DNA from: Octopus bimaculoides
Taxonomy: Eukaryota
Length of the DNA stretch: 35,072 nt
NCBI RefSeq assembly: GCF_001194135.2
Contig: NC_068984.1
Span: 74,261,590 to 74,296,661, forward strand
Direction of reading: 5' to 3'
Made by a program: the position numbers and the translations under genes. Each line of letters opens with the position of its first letter. The stretch's first letter is position 1. The notes beneath the pieces were generated by a model. That model was not told the origin of the DNA, searched no databases, and worked only from the letters and a program-made list of their open reading frames with translations. This document shows, one piece after another, positions 31,276 to 35,072 of this stretch.

Positions 31276-32055
31276 TACAAGCTGGGTGGAAAGTAATTAG
31301 GCATTAGAAATTGCTTATAGAAATTTTAGTATCATTGAAGTCATGACTAAAACATTTTTAAACAGACAACACTAATGGGGATTTCTTATTTTTTTTATTG
31401 TATTAATTTCCAGATGGTCGGTCGTTTGACTGTTCAGGAGCGAGCTAACATAGCAGTATGCTATGAAATGTGGAATTCTATTATTTTTGGTTCAGAGATG
31501 GTGGCGTGCATGGAAAGGTAAGCATGCAGCACTATGTCCGGGAACAATAAAAAGTTGTCATGCAAAGCTGATGACCGCGGGCTCTGACCACGATGCAAGA
31601 AGTAAACGTCCAACGACATCCCGATCAGTAGAGAACGTGGTAACAGTGCAGGAAATACTTAATCGCAGCCTACAAAAATCAACGCGTCAAGCAGCTCGTG
31701 AGAGTAAACTAACAAGACACACAATACGTACGGTGCTGCATAAACTCCATGTGATTTTCACCTCTGGAGTTACACAAAAGAGGTGGTGTGCAATACAAGT
31801 TCGCACACTGGAGGACCCGGAGATATGGATCCAGAAGGTTTCTCAATGACATCCCAGATGACGTCCTTCAGATGACATACCTGGTCGTTTGAAGAAACTG
31901 GTTGACGCCACCGATGCTTAAGTTGAAATATGAAGATTCACTTTCATTTTCCCATGTAATAAAGAACATATATCATCCGTTTCAATAAATTTATAAAAGG
32001 AATAAGAGTTTTATTACCAATTTTTAATGCCTACTTACTTTTCACCCGCCCTGTA
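31276..32055 (+). mobile_element. Internally deleted Tc1/mariner-superfamily element (maT/rosa-like, DUF4817-type N-terminus)
   Basis: TA-flanked TIRs, 31/37 identical (TAcaagctgggtggaaagtaattaggcattagaaatt vs TAcagggcgggtgaaaagtaagtaggcattaaaaatt). ATG at 31414: MVGRLTVQERANIAVCYE...VQRWWR...RPTTSRSVENV...KSTRQAARES, then a jump to CDFHLWSYTKE...PGRLKKLVDAT. The DDD/E core is missing; 780 bp. Confidence 0.88.
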
Positions 32056-33014
32056 GAAATAATTGCATCCCAATATTTGCTGCTTTCATTACCAGTTTAT
32101 TATGAAGCGACTAAATCCCCCTTCTTTTTGGTAATTCCATTTACTCTTAGATATTTCCTCGCCATGGCATATATCTCTCTAATTTTCTTTAGGGTCTCTA
32201 TCAGTCTGGGTTAACCATAAATGCGCCAGCGTGAACAGGCTTTTGTGGAAGACTTGCAGTTTCCCATGCATGTCAATTCCCAGTCTCCACGCTACCAGTA
32301 AAGCTTTCTTAAAGGTCGATACAATCTGACGTCAGGACGCAATGCAAGACGCAGCGCAGCAGTACAGAAACCACAAGGTATCAGGGTTATTGTTATGCCA
32401 AGACACTGCCGTGTATTGTTATTTTATCAACAGCAAAACACAAAAAGTAAAGTTAATCTCGGTAACGCACGAAACCAGATTGCAGAGAGTTGGAGCAAAT
32501 TCTGCGACGCAATCAATCCGACGCACTAACTACTTCAATTCACCTGCTTATGTCTTGCGGCTAACAATGAAACAAAACTCTGTATGAGGCTGACTGGAAA
32601 TAACTTTAAAAACGGTTTCTTCCAGCATGTGTACGTTAAAGCATTCACGATGATGATTCTCTACCTCCCTACCCAAATATAAGTTTAAAAATACGTTGAT
32701 ATTAACAATCATTAAATATATTGGTCCACTATACAATACATACAAACCTACATTAATACCTCCAGAATGTGTGCATAGCCTTTCCAAGACTGTATATATG
32801 ACTATATATATGACATATATTTAATGCTATTTACAATTTTGCTTAAGTTTGTTTAAATTGCATTTAGGGATCAATAAAGATCGCCGCTGTAGTAGCAGTG
32901 GTGTATTTGCAACTTTACCATAAGCGTAACTTTTTTTCTCTGCGGTAAATTGGAGTGAAATTGTCTTTAGAAGACAAAATAAATTACAAAGACACACGCG
33001 CGCGCGCACACGAA

Positions 33015-33060
<46 letters not shown>

Positions 33061-33132
33061 NNNNNNNNNNATGTGTGTGTATATATATGTGTGTATATAT
33101 ATATGTGTGTATACATATGTGTGTATATATAT

Positions 33133-33180
<48 letters not shown>

Positions 33181-33182
33181 TA

Positions 33183-33425
33183 GGCGCAGGAGTGGCTGTG
33201 TGGTAAGAAGCTTGCTTCCCAACCACATGGTTCCAGGTGCACCTTGGGAAAGTTTTTCCTCCTATAGCCTCGGGTCAACTAAAGCCTTGTAATTGGATTT
33301 GGTAGACGGAAACTGAAAGAAGCCCGTTGTATATATATATGTGTGTGTGTGTGCGTGAGTGTGTGTGTGTGTTTGGATGTGCGTATTCGCGTGTCTGTGT
33401 TTGTTCCCCTACCCATCTCTTGACA
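33183..33425 (+). mobile_element. SINE family A, 5' portion with a small deletion in the B-box region
   Basis: ggcgcaggagtggctgtgtggtaagaagcttgcttcccaaccacatggttcc|aggtgcaccttggg...; truncated near cttgaca. Confidence 0.92.
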
Positions 33426-33533
33426 TATTACTTTATATATAAAAGATGGAGCTGGAAATAACACAGAAGTAAATCTAAGACATTTCGATTTAAGAAGGAA
33501 TTTAATAACATGATTTTAAGATTATAGAAAGAA

Positions 33534-33576
33534 AATATTTCCGGTTTCGATGATGAATCTCATCTTATCAAATATT
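33534..33576 (-). ncRNA. Decayed hammerhead-like motif (probably inactive)
   Basis: Minus strand AAUAU-UUGAUAA-GAUGA(GAUUCA)UCAUC-GAA-ACCGGA-A-AUAUU: stems I and II intact and stem III near-palindromic, but three core substitutions (C3U, G8A, U16.1A). Confidence 0.4.
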
Positions 33577-33655
33577 AGTAAAAAATTTATAAAAATTTGA
33601 AGCAAAATCAGTTTATCTTCGTCCTGTGGTAGGGGTCATCAAAAACATGTCTGGT

Positions 33656-33702
<47 letters not shown>

Positions 33703-33989
33703 NNNNNNNNNNNNNNNNNNNNNNNNNNNNNNNNNNNNNNNNNNNNNNNNNNNNNNNNNNNNNNNNNNNNNNNNNNNNNNNNNNNNNNNNNNNGTGTGTG
33801 CGTGTGTGTCTGGTATAGATAAATGGATATATATGTCGTTACATATAGACATGCACGTATAGATTCATTCAAAATTGCTATCCTACCCCCAGACAAAACA
33901 ATAGCAAGTAAAACTATTTAACTCCAAATTGTTTCTGATTACAGATATAACGATGTCAACCACGACCATGATCGTGGTGGCGTCGTCGT

Positions 33990-33990
33990 C

Positions 33991-34062
<72 letters not shown>

Positions 34063-34075
34063 GGTGGTGGTAGTG
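33990..34075. repeat. (TTG)n/(GTG)n compound microsatellite
   Basis: Direct inspection; source of the poly-Leu/Val/Gln/His ORFs. Confidence 0.97.
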
Positions 34076-34207
34076 AACGTCGTTGTTGTCGTAGTATCTA
34101 TTATTAGTAGTTGAGAATGTATACAACGTTAACATGACATTAGGGGCGACAACTGACACAAGAACAACAATAGCAATGAAAAGAAAGCACAATAAGAAAA
34201 TATACAC

Positions 34208-34249
<42 letters not shown>

Positions 34250-34839
34250 CATGTGTTTGTAGGTATGTGTCTCTGTATGTAACAAAAATGACAAGTAAAC
34301 AAAACGAAAAAAAAAAATATCAACTCAGAGGACAATAACATAGAACAAGGCATTTGTATTCGTTGATGTTATTGATGTTGTTTCTATAGTGAAATTAGAA
34401 TTACGACCCTTCATGAAGAGAATGAGAAAATGAATGAAATACGATAGATAAATGAAAATAAATACGATCCATTGAAATAAAAAGATTCAAAACACCCACA
34501 AACTAAACTAAACAATGTATCAGACAATACTTGAAAGATCTTAAATTATCAGTTCTTGTATCACTAGAAATTTCCCATGATGCTTTGCTGTGTAAGAATA
34601 TCGTTAGCATTATTTTCTTCTCAGAATGAAGGTTTATTTATTTTTGTTCCTTTCATTCTATCTTGCTGCATATTATTTTACTTTATTTCAAATTTTCATT
34701 TTAAACTTTGCTGTTGTTTTTTAAATATTTAGTGTTGCTCTTCGGTTTTGATCGCCAAGAATTATTGTATAGATTTGAGTAGATATATATGAATCAAGAT
34801 TTGCATAAGCATAATATATATACTTAGATAGATAGATAA

Positions 34840-34900
<61 letters not shown>

Positions 34901-35072
34901 CTGTTATATAAAAATATAGAATGATAGATAGATAGACAGACAGATAGATATATAGATAGACAGACAGACAGACAGATAGATAGATAGATAGATACATTTC
35001 TTTTATTAGCCACACAGGGCTCAACGAAGATGGGACAAATACAATGTAGAGCTTTTCTTTTTGGGAGGGGGA

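Overview
AT-rich, repeat-dense animal genomic DNA with about 2.9 kb of N gaps. The SINE families and microsatellite load point to an octopus or other coleoid cephalopod (inference from recalled repeat families, not from a search). No complete protein-coding gene is present, and almost all ORFs in the supplied track are microsatellite or gap artefacts. Well-supported content: (1) an intronless, nearly intact RPL13A retrocopy with one premature stop, starting at a 5'-TOP-like pyrimidine tract; (2) six to seven Tc1/mariner relics from several subfamilies, two near full length and three with both TIRs but the catalytic core deleted; (3) at least four tRNA-type SINE families plus a CAA-tailed repeat family, including two dimeric insertions with long TSDs and several nested insertions; (4) RTE-like and L1/Tx1-like LINE fragments; (5) many micro- and minisatellites. 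Less obvious items found by reading the sequence: several minimal type I hammerhead-ribozyme-like motifs on the minus strand, a 246-bp gap-free fold-back hairpin, two degenerate tandem arrays (about 100-bp and about 26-bp units), and phase-compatible candidate exons (42 and 93 nt) suggesting the window lies in introns of a minus-strand host gene. I found no evidence for a wholly new biological system; the ribozyme-like motifs, the hairpin and the dimeric SINE are the items most worth testing.
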